This document shows, piece after piece, positions 7,673 through 16,865 of a stretch of 32,000 nucleotides of DNA (positions within the stretch are counted from its first letter, which is position 1; every line of letters starts with the position of its first letter). The position numbers and the translations under genes were made by a program. This stretch comes from Cupriavidus necator. GTDB taxonomy: Bacteria; Pseudomonadota; Gammaproteobacteria; Burkholderiales; Burkholderiaceae. The stretch lies in assembly GCF_016127575.1 (NCBI RefSeq), contig NZ_CP066019.1, positions 960,001-992,000 on the forward strand. Reading direction: 5' to 3'. The notes below the pieces were generated by a model, which ran no database searches, was not told where the DNA came from, and saw only the letters and a list, made by a program, of their open reading frames with translations.

Positions 7673-8640
7673 ATGGATCGGCGACAACTACTGGCCTGGG
7701 TGGCCGGGACTGCGGTGGCGATGGCGCTGCCAGGGATCGGGCAGGCGCAAACCTTCCCTTCGAAGCCCGTACGGCTGGTGGTGCCGCAGGCCGGCGGCAC
7801 CGGCAATGATGTGCTGGCGCGCGCGCTCGCGGAAAAGCTCAGCCGTGCCTGGAACCAGCCGGTGGTGGTGGAGAACAAGCCCGGGGCCAACGGGACGCTG
7901 GCGATCAGCTATGTGATCGGGCAGCCCGCCGATGGCTACACGCTGTTCTTCGCCGGCGTTTCCAACCTGAGCTTCAATCCCTTCCTGTATCCGAAGCTGC
8001 CCTATAACCCGGGTCGGGACCTGACTGGCGTGGCGATGCTCGCCAACTCGCCCTTTGTCTTTGTCGCGGCGCCGTCGCTCAAGGCTATACGTTCCAGGAT
8101 TTCGTGCGGATGGCCAAGGCTCGCCCCGGCGAGATCAGCTTCGCGTCGGGCGGCATCGGCAACTCCACCCACCTGGCGATGGAACTGGTCGCGCAACGCA
8201 CCGGAGTCCGGCTGCAGCACGTGCCGTTCAATGGCAGCGGCGGCTCGACCAGCCTGATGAACGGGCAGACCCCGGTGATGATGAACGTGCTCGCGGGCGT
8301 GCAGCCTTACATCGCCGGCAAGAAGCTGATACCGCTGGCGGTCACCGGCGACAAGCGGCAGCCGGCTTTGCCCGCGGTGCCCACCTTCAAGGAGCTTGGC
8401 TATGACGTGCAGGTACCCGGGTGGTACGCGATCGTGGCCCGCTCAGGCACGCCTGCAGGCGTTATCCGCAAGGTCAATGCCGACATCAACCAGATCCTGG
8501 ACGACCCGCAGTTCCAGGGGAAGCTTGCCTTCCAGTTCCTGGATGCAATCAAGGGGCCGCCGTCCGAGGTGGAGCGCTATATGAAGCGCGACGCCGATAC
8601 CTGGGGCCCGATCATCCGCAACCTTGCCATTTCTCTCTGA
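7673..8640 (+). pseudogene. Bug/TctC-family periplasmic solute receptor, disrupted by a -1 frameshift near 8083-8085
   Basis: Track ORFs 7601..8257 and 8104..8640 together make one Bug protein. The N-terminal part is MDRRQLLAWVAGTAVAMALPGIGQAQTFPSKPVRLVVPQAGGTGNDVLAR...VAAPSLK. The C-terminal part is FVRMAKARPGEISFASGGIGNSTHLAMEL...WYAIVARSGTP. At ctcaaggctatacg, one extra G (ctcaagGgctat) would restore LKGYTFQDFVRMAK. Confidence 0.8.
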
Positions 8641-8651
8641 GGACCGCTGCC

Positions 8652-9842
8652 ATGGCACATCTCACCAAGGCCGTACAAGGCTATCGCCTGGCGGCGATGC
8701 ACAGGCTGATGGACAAGCTGCGCGTCGATGCGCTGGTGTTCGGCACGCCTGACTTTTTCCAGTACGCGACCAATTTCCAGCTCGATGTCTGGCCGTGGGA
8801 GCGCCCGGTGTTCGTGGTGGTGCCGCGCAATGGCGACACCTTCGCGGTCATGAACGAGCTGTCGACCAACCATATGCGCTTTGCGACCGGGAAGGGCTCG
8901 GTCTGGCTTGCCGATGTCACCTACTACGCCGAGCATCCCCGTGTCTCGAATCGCCTGCCGCTGCCTGCGCAGCTGCCGGAAGTGGTTGCCGCGCTGCTGG
9001 GGGCCAGGGGGCTCGGCATGTCGCGGATTGCGGTCGACGTCCAGCATCCGATCCTGGCCGGTGCGCAGCGCTGCCTGCCTGAACTCACGCTGCGGCCCGC
9101 CATGGCGGAGATGCGCAGCCTGCGCTGGGTCAAGCATGCGGAGGAGCTGCAGGTCATGCGCGAGCTAGGTGCGCTGACAGACTGGGTGCAGGATCGCTAC
9201 CGCGAGAACTTCCGGCCAGGCCGGCTGGTGCAGGAGCTTGACCACGCCATGGCGGCGCTGATGTCGGAGGAGGCGGCGCGGCGCTTTCCGGGCGAGGACT
9301 TCGACATCCTCAAATGCTGGACGCTGACCGGGCCAGCTTCGGCATCGCCGCATGGCGATGGCGCCGGATGCGGCGCACGGATTTCCGCCGGCGACACCAT
9401 CGTCAACCTGGTGCTGCCGCGCCTGAACGGGCTGTATGTCGAGAATGAGCGCACCTGGTTTTGCGGCCGGCCCGGCGACGAGCAGGCGCGGTTCTACCAG
9501 GTTGCGGCAAAGGCCACCGACGCTGCCGTTGCCGCGGCGGTGGTCGGCAAGCGCGTCTGCGACATGGATGCGGCCGCGCAGGCTGTGATCGAGCAGGCCG
9601 GCTGCGGGGACTATGTCTTTCATCGCACCGGCCACGCGGTCGGTCTGATGCTGCATGAATACCCGGAGGACATGGCCTTCAATACCCGCCCGCTGCTTGC
9701 GGGAGAGGTGTATTCGGCGGAGCCGGGCCTCTATGTCTACGGCCTTGGCGGCTTCCGGCTGGACGATACCGTGGTGGTTGGCGACCAGCCGGAGGTCATC
9801 ATCAAGACGCCGAAGACGCTGGAATACGCAACCGTGGACTAG
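8652..9842 (+). CDS. M24-family metallopeptidase (Xaa-Pro dipeptidase/creatinase-like)
   Basis: The creatinase-like N-domain has RVDALVFGTPDFFQY. The pita-bread C-domain has FHRTGHAVGLMLHEYP...SAEPGLY...GGFRLDDTVVV. ATG 8652 is 11 nt after the Bug stop. Confidence 0.9.
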   Translation: MAHLTKAVQGYRLAAMHRLMDKLRVDALVFGTPDFFQYATNFQLDVWPWERPVFVVVPRNGDTFAVMNELSTNHMRFATGKGSVWLADVTYYAEHPRVSNRLPLPAQLPEVVAALLGARGLGMSRIAVDVQHPILAGAQRCLPELTLRPAMAEMRSLRWVKHAEELQVMRELGALTDWVQDRYRENFRPGRLVQELDHAMAALMSEEAARRFPGEDFDILKCWTLTGPASASPHGDGAGCGARISAGDTIVNLVLPRLNGLYVENERTWFCGRPGDEQARFYQVAAKATDAAVAAAVVGKRVCDMDAAAQAVIEQAGCGDYVFHRTGHAVGLMLHEYPEDMAFNTRPLLAGEVYSAEPGLYVYGLGGFRLDDTVVVGDQPEVIIKTPKTLEYATVD

Positions 9843-9858
9843 GCGCCCGCAGCGTAGC

Positions 9859-10872
9859 TCAGTCGAGTGTCACCCCCGTATCCGCCGTCAGCTTGAGCAC
9901 CACCGGCAGGTACGCCTTGTACGCCGCCTCTGCCTGTGCCGGGGTATTGCCGAGCGGTTCCGCGCCCATGTCCACGATGCGCCGCTGCATGTCGGCGCTG
10001 GCGACCAGGCTGGCGGTCTCGCGGCCCAGGCGGTCGATGATGTCCTGCGGCGTCTTCGCGGGCGCCATCAGCGTGATCGGGCCGGTCAGCCGGAACGGTT
10101 CGTCGGCGTAGCCGGCCTCGGCGAAGGTCGGCACGTCTGGCAGGCCCTGTGCGCGGCGCGTGCCGGTGACAGCGAGGGGCCGCAGCTTGCCGGTGGCGAA
10201 GTGTTGCTTGAGCGCGGTCACGGAGCCCACCGTCACGTTGACCTGGCCGGCGAGCAGGTCGGTCACCATGGGCCCTTCGCCGCGGTAGGGCACATGCAGC
10301 ATGTCAGCCTGGTACTGCCTGGCGATGTAGGTCTGGATCGTATGCGGCTGCGTGCCCGCGCCCCACGACCCCATGCGCAGCTTGCCCGGCGATGCCTTGG
10401 CATAGGCCAGCAGTTCGGCAACGGTCTTGGCCGGCACGCTGCTGTTGACCGCCAGCACGGTGCGCGCGGTGGCGATGTCGGAGATCGGGCGCAGCTCAGT
10501 GCGCGGATCGTAGGGCAGCTTCTTGTACAGCGCCAGGTTGGACGTGATCGGGCCGGGAATGGTCATCAGCAGCGTATAGCCGTCAGGCGCCGACTTGGCG
10601 ACGTAGTCGGTGCCGATGATGCCGCCGGCACCGCCCTTGTTCTCCACCACCACCGTCTTGCCGAGCTGGCGCGACAGGCCATCGCCGATGGTGCGCGCCA
10701 GCGTGTCGGTCAGCCCGCCCGGCGGGTAGGCGACGATCAGGTGGATGGGCTTGGCCGGGTAGGCGCCCTGTGCGCCGGCCGGGGCGGGCGCGGCGGCCAG
10801 GGCCAGCACGGTGAGCAGGGGCAGGGCGGCTTGCAGCAGCGGGCCGCGCAGCAGGTGGGCAGCGGTCGTCAT
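9859..10872 (-). CDS. Bug/TctC-family periplasmic solute receptor
   Basis: Signal peptide plus YPAKPIHLIVAYPPGGLTDTLARTIGDGLSRQLGKTVVVENKGGAGG...APDGYTLL. AAGGAGA RBS. Confidence 0.9.
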   Translation of the reverse strand: MTTAAHLLRGPLLQAALPLLTVLALAAAPAPAGAQGAYPAKPIHLIVAYPPGGLTDTLARTIGDGLSRQLGKTVVVENKGGAGGIIGTDYVAKSAPDGYTLLMTIPGPITSNLALYKKLPYDPRTELRPISDIATARTVLAVNSSVPAKTVAELLAYAKASPGKLRMGSWGAGTQPHTIQTYIARQYQADMLHVPYRGEGPMVTDLLAGQVNVTVGSVTALKQHFATGKLRPLAVTGTRRAQGLPDVPTFAEAGYADEPFRLTGPITLMAPAKTPQDIIDRLGRETASLVASADMQRRIVDMGAEPLGNTPAQAEAAYKAYLPVVLKLTADTGVTLD

Positions 10873-10930
10873 GATGGCGTTGTCTCCTTGGGATGGATGG
10901 TCCGTGTTGCCCTACGTCGAAGGGGAAGTC

Positions 10931-11911
10931 TCACTCCAGCTTGATGCCGCGCGCCTTGATCAGCTTGCCCCATTTGCCGATCTCCTGGTCGATGAAGGCG
11001 GAAAACGCGCTGCCCGGCTCTGGCTGCGGCTCGAGCCCCAGCCCCAGCAGCTTCTTGCGGATCTCGGCATCGGCCAGCACGGCCGATGCCTCGCGGTTCA
11101 GGCGCTCGGAGACGGCGGGCGGCGTGCCGGCCGGCGCGACCAGGCCGAACCAGCCGTAGCCGACCATGCCCGGGTAACCCTGCTCGGCAAAGGTGGGCGC
11201 ATCCGGATAGACCGGCGAACGCTGTTCCGAGGCCACTGCCAGCACGCGCAGCTTGCCGGCCTTGATAAAGGGCAGCGCCGAGGTGATGGCGGTCAGGGTG
11301 GCGTCCGCGCGGCCGGCCAGCAGTTCGGTATAGGCGGTGGCGTCGCCGCGGTAATGGACATTCAGCAGCTGGAACTTGCCGACCTGCCCGAATAGCTCGG
11401 CGGTCAGGTGCGGGCCGGAGCCTGCGCCCGGGGAGGCCAGCGTCACGCCATCCGGCTTGTCCCGGGCCATGCGCACGAAGTCGGACACGGTGCGGGCCGG
11501 CGAGCTGGCATTGACGATCAGGAAGACCGGGCCCAGCACGCGCGGTCCCACCGGCACGAAGTCCTTGTGGACGTCGTAGCGCTGGGCGATGCCTGCCGCG
11601 GTATTGATGGCGAAGGGCGCGGCAGCCCACAGCAGCGTGTAGCCGTCCGGCGCGGCACGGGCCACCTGCTCGGTGGCCAGGCGCGTGCCGGCGCCAGGCT
11701 TGTTCTCCACCACCACCTGTTGGCCCAGCTTGTGGCCAAGTGCCTCGGCAAGGATGCGGGCAGAGATGTCATTGGAGCCGCCGGCGCCATATGGCGACAC
11801 CAGCTTGACCGGCCGCGACGGATACGTTTGCGCCTGCGCCGGGCTGGCCAGGCACAGCATCGCCAGGCCGGCCGTCAGCACGGCCCGGGCGAAGATTGTG
11901 GTCCGATTCAT
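10931..11911 (-). CDS. Bug/TctC-family periplasmic solute receptor
   Basis: Signal peptide plus TYPSRPVKLVSPYGAGGSNDISARILAEALGHKLGQQVVVENKPGAG...APDGYTLL. The start ATG overlaps the upstream stop (ATGA at 11908-11911). Confidence 0.9.
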   Translation of the reverse strand: MNRTTIFARAVLTAGLAMLCLASPAQAQTYPSRPVKLVSPYGAGGSNDISARILAEALGHKLGQQVVVENKPGAGTRLATEQVARAAPDGYTLLWAAAPFAINTAAGIAQRYDVHKDFVPVGPRVLGPVFLIVNASSPARTVSDFVRMARDKPDGVTLASPGAGSGPHLTAELFGQVGKFQLLNVHYRGDATAYTELLAGRADATLTAITSALPFIKAGKLRVLAVASEQRSPVYPDAPTFAEQGYPGMVGYGWFGLVAPAGTPPAVSERLNREASAVLADAEIRKKLLGLGLEPQPEPGSAFSAFIDQEIGKWGKLIKARGIKLE

Positions 11912-13236
11912 GATGCTTCCTTCATGCGGCGGATGGGTGGATAGCGGAAGGTGCGTTCCAGGTGCGTGGTGCCGGGCACGTAGAGGCGCAACGCTACATA
12001 GAACGGCTCCGCGGGTGCCGGCAGCCAGTTGCCGGCCAGGGCGTTCTCCGAAGGGGGTTGCGCGCCCAGCACGATGCGCAGGCTGCCATCGGGCGCCGGG
12101 CGCAGGGCCGGCGAGCGGTCGCCCAGCGAGTAGCGCTGCAGCGGGTTCTCGACCAGCATGCAGTCCGATTTACGGTACATGGTCAGCGACCAGAATGCGC
12201 CCACTTGGGGTAGTCCTTGCCGGGGAAACACCAGTTCATACTGGCGCCTGCCGTCCAGCGGCAAGCCGTCGCCATCGCAATCGGCCATCAGGTACATGGC
12301 TTCCTCAACGCCCAGCGCACCGATGTAGTTGCGCGCCACTTCGGCGCGCAGAGCGTAGTGGGTGCCGAACGAGGTGCGGATTTCCACCGGCAGGAACCAG
12401 CCGCCGCCCAGCGCGGAGACCCTGGGCGCGGCCAGTTCCGCGTCAACCTGCGTCAGCGCGGTGGCCAGCGCCGCGCGCTGTGCCCCGGTCAGCGGCGCGT
12501 TGCTGCCGATGCCGGCCGGGGCAAAGCTGCGGACCAGTTCCGCTTCGGCCGCGGGTGGCGGGTTCTCGCGCAGCATGCGGGTGACGACGGCGGCGTAGCG
12601 GTCGGGATCGGCCGGCCGCTCGCCGGCTTGCATGCCAGCATCGAATACGGTTGCTGCGCTGGTGCCGTCCGGCCGGCGCAGGCGGATGCCGTCCTGCAGG
12701 GCATGTGCACCCGGCAAATCGGCTTCGCCATCGGCCAGGATGCGGCCGATGATCCAGACCGCGTTGGTGGGGCAGGGCAGCGGCGTTGCGCCGGCCGGCA
12801 CCTCGCCCCGCCAGGCTGGCCCATGCAGCAGCCAGGTGCCGCCTTGCGTGCCGGTGGTGCGGGTGCCGATATAGCCGAACGGGTTGGTATAGGCGTCGAG
12901 CAGGCCTAGCACGTAGTAGCGGCCGCGGCAGTCGGGCACGTCGAGCAGCAGCGGGCCGCCGGACAGGTCGAGCCACGCATTGGTGTAGAGCGTGTCGTTG
13001 TTCGGCGTGACGACCTGCCGGTGCTGCGGGCCGAGCAGCGTGCGCACGTGCGTGACCGTGTTGATCCAGCGCAGCGTTGTGTCGGGCCCGTCGCCGGCAA
13101 AGACCCCGGCGCCATCGCGCCGCGGGCAGGTGGCGGCACGCATGCGCGCCATCTCGTACAGCGGCAGCGTGTAGCGCACCGCGTCGCACGCCAGCGTGCC
13201 GAGCAGGTTGTCGTGGTGTTCCATGGCGCGCTCCAT
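11908..13236 (-). CDS. DUF1254/DUF1214 two-domain protein (paralogue B), no signal peptide
   Basis: VTPNNDTLYTNAWLDL...RYYVLGLLDAYTNPF (DUF1254) and AFWSLTMY...RYSLGDRSP...NWLPAPAEPFYVALRLYVP (DUF1214). The start MERAMEHH at 13236 overlaps the upstream stop (TGATG). Confidence 0.85.
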   Translation of the reverse strand: MERAMEHHDNLLGTLACDAVRYTLPLYEMARMRAATCPRRDGAGVFAGDGPDTTLRWINTVTHVRTLLGPQHRQVVTPNNDTLYTNAWLDLSGGPLLLDVPDCRGRYYVLGLLDAYTNPFGYIGTRTTGTQGGTWLLHGPAWRGEVPAGATPLPCPTNAVWIIGRILADGEADLPGAHALQDGIRLRRPDGTSAATVFDAGMQAGERPADPDRYAAVVTRMLRENPPPAAEAELVRSFAPAGIGSNAPLTGAQRAALATALTQVDAELAAPRVSALGGGWFLPVEIRTSFGTHYALRAEVARNYIGALGVEEAMYLMADCDGDGLPLDGRRQYELVFPRQGLPQVGAFWSLTMYRKSDCMLVENPLQRYSLGDRSPALRPAPDGSLRIVLGAQPPSENALAGNWLPAPAEPFYVALRLYVPGTTHLERTFRYPPIRRMKEAS

Positions 13237-14549
13237 CAGGCAATGCGCCGCAAGGGCGGGATCACGTAGCCGCCGGCCATGAAGCCATCGGTCGGGTGGT
13301 AGAGCCGCAGGATCAGGTAGAACGGGCCGTCCGGTGCCGGCAGCCAGTTGTCCTGCGCCTGCGTGGGGCGCTGGTGCGAGATGGTCAGCGTGAGGCCACC
13401 GTCGACATCGTATTGCAGACCAGGACTGCGGTCGCCCAGCGCATAGCGCCCGATGGCGTTGTCGGTGAAGAAGCGGTCGGCGCCGTAGAGCGAGACCGAC
13501 CAGAACGCCTGCGCCGGCGGCAGGTGTCCCGCGGGGAAGTGCAGGGCGTAGGCGTGGCGGCCGTGCAGCAGTTCGCCGTCGGCGTCGTAGTCGGCAGCGG
13601 CATAGACGGCCTCGTCGGCGCGCAGTGCGCCCAAGCCCTTCATCGCGGTGACCGCGCGCTGCATCCAGTCGTCGCCATAGCGGCCCAGCAGCAGGCTGTA
13701 GGTCCAGCTCTTGCGCGCATGGCTGCGGGTGTTGGCTTCGATCAGGGCCATGCCTTCGTGCCAGGCGCGGACCAGGCCCTGTTGCACCGCAGGCCGCAGC
13801 GCGCCCACATCGACGGCGTCGCCGGCGCGGATGCCGCATTTGCGCAGCAGCGACAGCAGGCCGGCGGCGGAAGGCTCGGCGGGATACTCGCGCAGGGCGT
13901 TGAAGATGTTGGCGAAGAAGTCCAGCGCGGGCTCGCCGCCCTCCTGCCAGTCGCGCACGCAGGCGGGCTGCATCCTGGCGCCGCCGGACAGGTAGAAGCC
14001 GTTCTCGAAGGCGCTCGCCGCCGGCAGATCGTCGGCACCCGTCACCAGCACGCGGCCCAGCAGCCAGACCAGTGCGGTGGGGCAGCGCACCACGTGGTCG
14101 CCTTCGGCCTGCTGCCCGGGGCCGGCCAGCACGATGTCGGCGCCGGCCGCGGGAACGTTGCGCGGGCCCAGGTTCTCGAAGTTGTTGGTCCAGGCGTCCA
14201 GCAGCTCCACCACGTAATAGCGGCTGGCGTCCGGCAGCGCCGGCACGTGCAGCGTGACCGGGCCGTCGGCCAGGTTGACCCAGGCGCAGAAGTAGAGCAG
14301 GTCATTGGCCGGGGTGACGATGTCGCGGTCCTTGTGTGTCCACTGGTGGGTGCTGGCCGACAGCACGTTGACGGGGGCACGGCCGTAGCCGGTGGCCTGG
14401 GCTACGGAGGTCTGCAGCCGGCAGGTGCGCAGGCTTTCAAACAGCGGATAGGTGGCAAGCACCAGCGGCAGCGCCGCCGCGGCGGTGAGGGCTTCCTGGG
14501 GCGTGTCGATGGGCGCGCCGGCAAGGAAGGGCGCAGCGGGTTGGTTCAT
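13236..14549 (-). CDS. DUF1254/DUF1214 two-domain protein (paralogue A), no signal peptide
   Basis: VTPANDLLYFCAWVNL...RYYVVELLDAWTNNF and AFWSVSLY...RYALGDRSP...NWLPAPDGPFYLILRLYHP. GGAGA RBS before ATG 14549. Confidence 0.85.
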   Translation of the reverse strand: MNQPAAPFLAGAPIDTPQEALTAAAALPLVLATYPLFESLRTCRLQTSVAQATGYGRAPVNVLSASTHQWTHKDRDIVTPANDLLYFCAWVNLADGPVTLHVPALPDASRYYVVELLDAWTNNFENLGPRNVPAAGADIVLAGPGQQAEGDHVVRCPTALVWLLGRVLVTGADDLPAASAFENGFYLSGGARMQPACVRDWQEGGEPALDFFANIFNALREYPAEPSAAGLLSLLRKCGIRAGDAVDVGALRPAVQQGLVRAWHEGMALIEANTRSHARKSWTYSLLLGRYGDDWMQRAVTAMKGLGALRADEAVYAAADYDADGELLHGRHAYALHFPAGHLPPAQAFWSVSLYGADRFFTDNAIGRYALGDRSPGLQYDVDGGLTLTISHQRPTQAQDNWLPAPDGPFYLILRLYHPTDGFMAGGYVIPPLRRIA

Positions 14550-14574
14550 GGCGTTGTCTCCGTCGGGTTTTGCT

Positions 14575-16725
14575 TTACTCGTTGATGCCGTCCCCGGCAT
14601 GCAGCGTGACCACGGCATCGGCCGCGACCACGCCCTGGGCGGTGACGATCAGCGGATTGATCTCCAGCGTGTCCAGCCGCGGCCCGAGTGCGGCGGCGGC
14701 CTGCGACACGCGCGCCAGCACTTCGGCCACGGCATCGGCATCGACCGCGGGATGGCCGCGATGGCCGCACAGCAGCGCTTCGGCACGGCTTGCACGCAGC
14801 ATGGTGCAGGCGCGGGCATGGGTCAGCGGGGCCAGGCCGAACGCGGTCTGCCGGAAGATCTCAACTGCCGTGCCGCCGATGCCGGCCAGCGCTACCAGCC
14901 CGAAGACCGGGTCACGCCGCACGCCCACCATCAGCTCGCCCCAGCCGCGCACCATGCCGGCGACCAGCGCGCCCTCGAAGCGCGCCGGGCTGCCGTGGTT
15001 GGTAGCGGCGGCCTGCACCTGCGCAAACGCCGCACGCACCGCCTGCGCATCGGCCACGTTCAGCACCACGCCGCCTACGTCGCTCTTGTGCAGGATGTCG
15101 GGCGAACACAGCTTGACGGCAACCGGGTAGCCGATGCCTTCGGCGATGCGCACGGCCTCGTCGGCATCGCGCGCCAGTCCGTGGGGTGCGGTGGGGATGC
15201 CGCAGGCGTTGAGCCACTGCATGGCTTCGAACTCGGACAGCGACGTAGTGTCGCGCGGAAGGTCCGGCGCAGCCAGGGCCGCGGCAGCTACGGCGGGCTT
15301 CGCATGTGCTGCCGCTGCCTGCGCGGCGGCGCGGGCCAGCACGGCCACGGCCTGCACCGCTTGGGCGGGTTCGCGGAAGACCAGCGCGCCGCGCGCTTCG
15401 AGCCAGCGGCGCTTTTCGTCATCGACCAGCCCGCTGAACAGCAGCGGCGCCGCGGTGCCGCTGCGGTGCAGGGTCTCGACAGCATCCTGCAGGCCAGGCC
15501 AGATGCGCGGCGCACCAACGCCGCCCGCCAGGAAGGCGACGACACTGCCGTAGTCGGGGCTTTGCGCCGCGGCGGCAATCGCGTCCAGCAGCACTTCCGG
15601 CTGCGCCACGATCTGCCCGGTGACATCGATGGGATTGGCCGTGCTGGCAAAGGGGATGGCGCTGCGCAGCGCAGTGGCCGCGGCTTCCGGCATGGGCGGC
15701 AGGGGCAGGTCCAGCGCCTCGGCCTGGTCGGCCATCATGATGCCGACGCCGCCCGAAACCGTGACCAATGCGACCGGCGTGACGGCGCTTTCCGGCTCTT
15801 TCGCCGAGGGCTGCCAGCGCGTCGGCCGACGCCCGCGCGAGAGCACGTAGCCCAGCCGGAAGAAGTCATCCAGCGTATGGGCGCGGAATACGCCGTACTC
15901 GTCGAAGACCGCCTGGTAGACGGCGTCCTCGCCGGCCAGGCTGGCCGTGTGCGATTGCGCGGAGCGGGCCCCGGCCTCGGTGGTGCCGACCTTGGTCACC
16001 ACCACTGGCTTGCCCGCGGCACGCGCCGCCGCCAGCGCGCGGCGCAGGCGGGTGCCGTCGCGGCAGCCTTCCAGGTAGGCCAGGATCACGCGGGTGGCGT
16101 CGTCGTGCGCCAGCCATTCGATCACGTCGGCCACGTGCAGGCCGGCTTCGTTGCCGGTGGTGACCCAGTGACTCAGCCCCAGCGATGCCTCGCGCGCCAG
16201 CCCAAAGGCATAGGCGCCGAAGGCGCCGCTCTGGCTGACCAGCCCGACTTCGCCCAGCGGCGGCAGCCCGCTCAGCGGCATCGGCGAGAAAGTGGCAAAG
16301 ACGCGCTCGCGCAGGTTCATCGCACCCAGGCAGTTGGGCCCCAGCAGCGTGATGCCGTGCGCTTGCGCGAGTGCCGCCAGTTCCGCCTGCATGGCGATGC
16401 CGTCGCCGCCGGTTTCAGCAAAGCCCGAAGTGAAGAACACCGCGGCGCGCGTGCCGTTGCGCGCCAGCTGGCGCATGGTGTCCAGGCTGGCACTGACCGG
16501 CAGCGCCACGATGGCGAGGTCGGCCGGTGTGTCCAGCGCATCCAGCGAGGGCACCGCAGCCAGCCCCTGTACTTCGCGCGCCGTGGCATGCACGGGAATG
16601 ATGCGGCCGGCGTAGCCCAGTTCGCTCAGCAGCCGCACCGGCATGCCGCCCACCTTGTCGGGCTGGGTGGAGGCGCCGATCACGGCGATGGTGCGCGGCT
16701 GCAACAGGGCGCAGAGGTCTGGCAT
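14575..16725 (-). CDS. Acyl-CoA synthetase (NDP/ADP-forming), fused alpha+beta (CoA-binding + ATP-grasp)
   Basis: LLQPRTIAVIGASTQPDKVGG...IIPVH...GFAETGGDG...LLGPNCLGAMN is a succinyl-CoA-synthetase-like CoA-binding/ligase domain. The C-terminal ATP-grasp part has GYPVAVKLCSPDILHKSDVGGVVLNV. GGAGA RBS. Confidence 0.9.
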   Translation of the reverse strand: MPDLCALLQPRTIAVIGASTQPDKVGGMPVRLLSELGYAGRIIPVHATAREVQGLAAVPSLDALDTPADLAIVALPVSASLDTMRQLARNGTRAAVFFTSGFAETGGDGIAMQAELAALAQAHGITLLGPNCLGAMNLRERVFATFSPMPLSGLPPLGEVGLVSQSGAFGAYAFGLAREASLGLSHWVTTGNEAGLHVADVIEWLAHDDATRVILAYLEGCRDGTRLRRALAAARAAGKPVVVTKVGTTEAGARSAQSHTASLAGEDAVYQAVFDEYGVFRAHTLDDFFRLGYVLSRGRRPTRWQPSAKEPESAVTPVALVTVSGGVGIMMADQAEALDLPLPPMPEAAATALRSAIPFASTANPIDVTGQIVAQPEVLLDAIAAAAQSPDYGSVVAFLAGGVGAPRIWPGLQDAVETLHRSGTAAPLLFSGLVDDEKRRWLEARGALVFREPAQAVQAVAVLARAAAQAAAAHAKPAVAAAALAAPDLPRDTTSLSEFEAMQWLNACGIPTAPHGLARDADEAVRIAEGIGYPVAVKLCSPDILHKSDVGGVVLNVADAQAVRAAFAQVQAAATNHGSPARFEGALVAGMVRGWGELMVGVRRDPVFGLVALAGIGGTAVEIFRQTAFGLAPLTHARACTMLRASRAEALLCGHRGHPAVDADAVAEVLARVSQAAAALGPRLDTLEINPLIVTAQGVVAADAVVTLHAGDGINE

Positions 16726-16801
16726 CGCTTGTCTCCGTATGCGTGCGCCATGACTTCCAAGACGGCGCCGCGAATCTTGTCATTGGTGTGTCCGAGCATG
16801 T

Positions 16802-16839
16802 TGTCATGACATGTTATGATGAGTCAATGTTGTTATGAT
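16802..16839. promoter_or_regulatory. Candidate GntR/HutC operator cluster: palindrome TGTCATGACA plus two TGTTATGAT direct repeats
   Basis: The 10-bp perfect palindrome at 16802-16811 fits the GntR-type T-GT-N4-AC-A pattern. TGTTATGAT occurs at 16812-16820 and 16831-16839. All lie in the AT-rich divergent region between the synthetase operon (ATG 16725) and the GntR gene (GTG 16866). Confidence 0.45.
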
Positions 16840-16865
16840 AAGTAGAAGCCCGCATCGGACATGCC

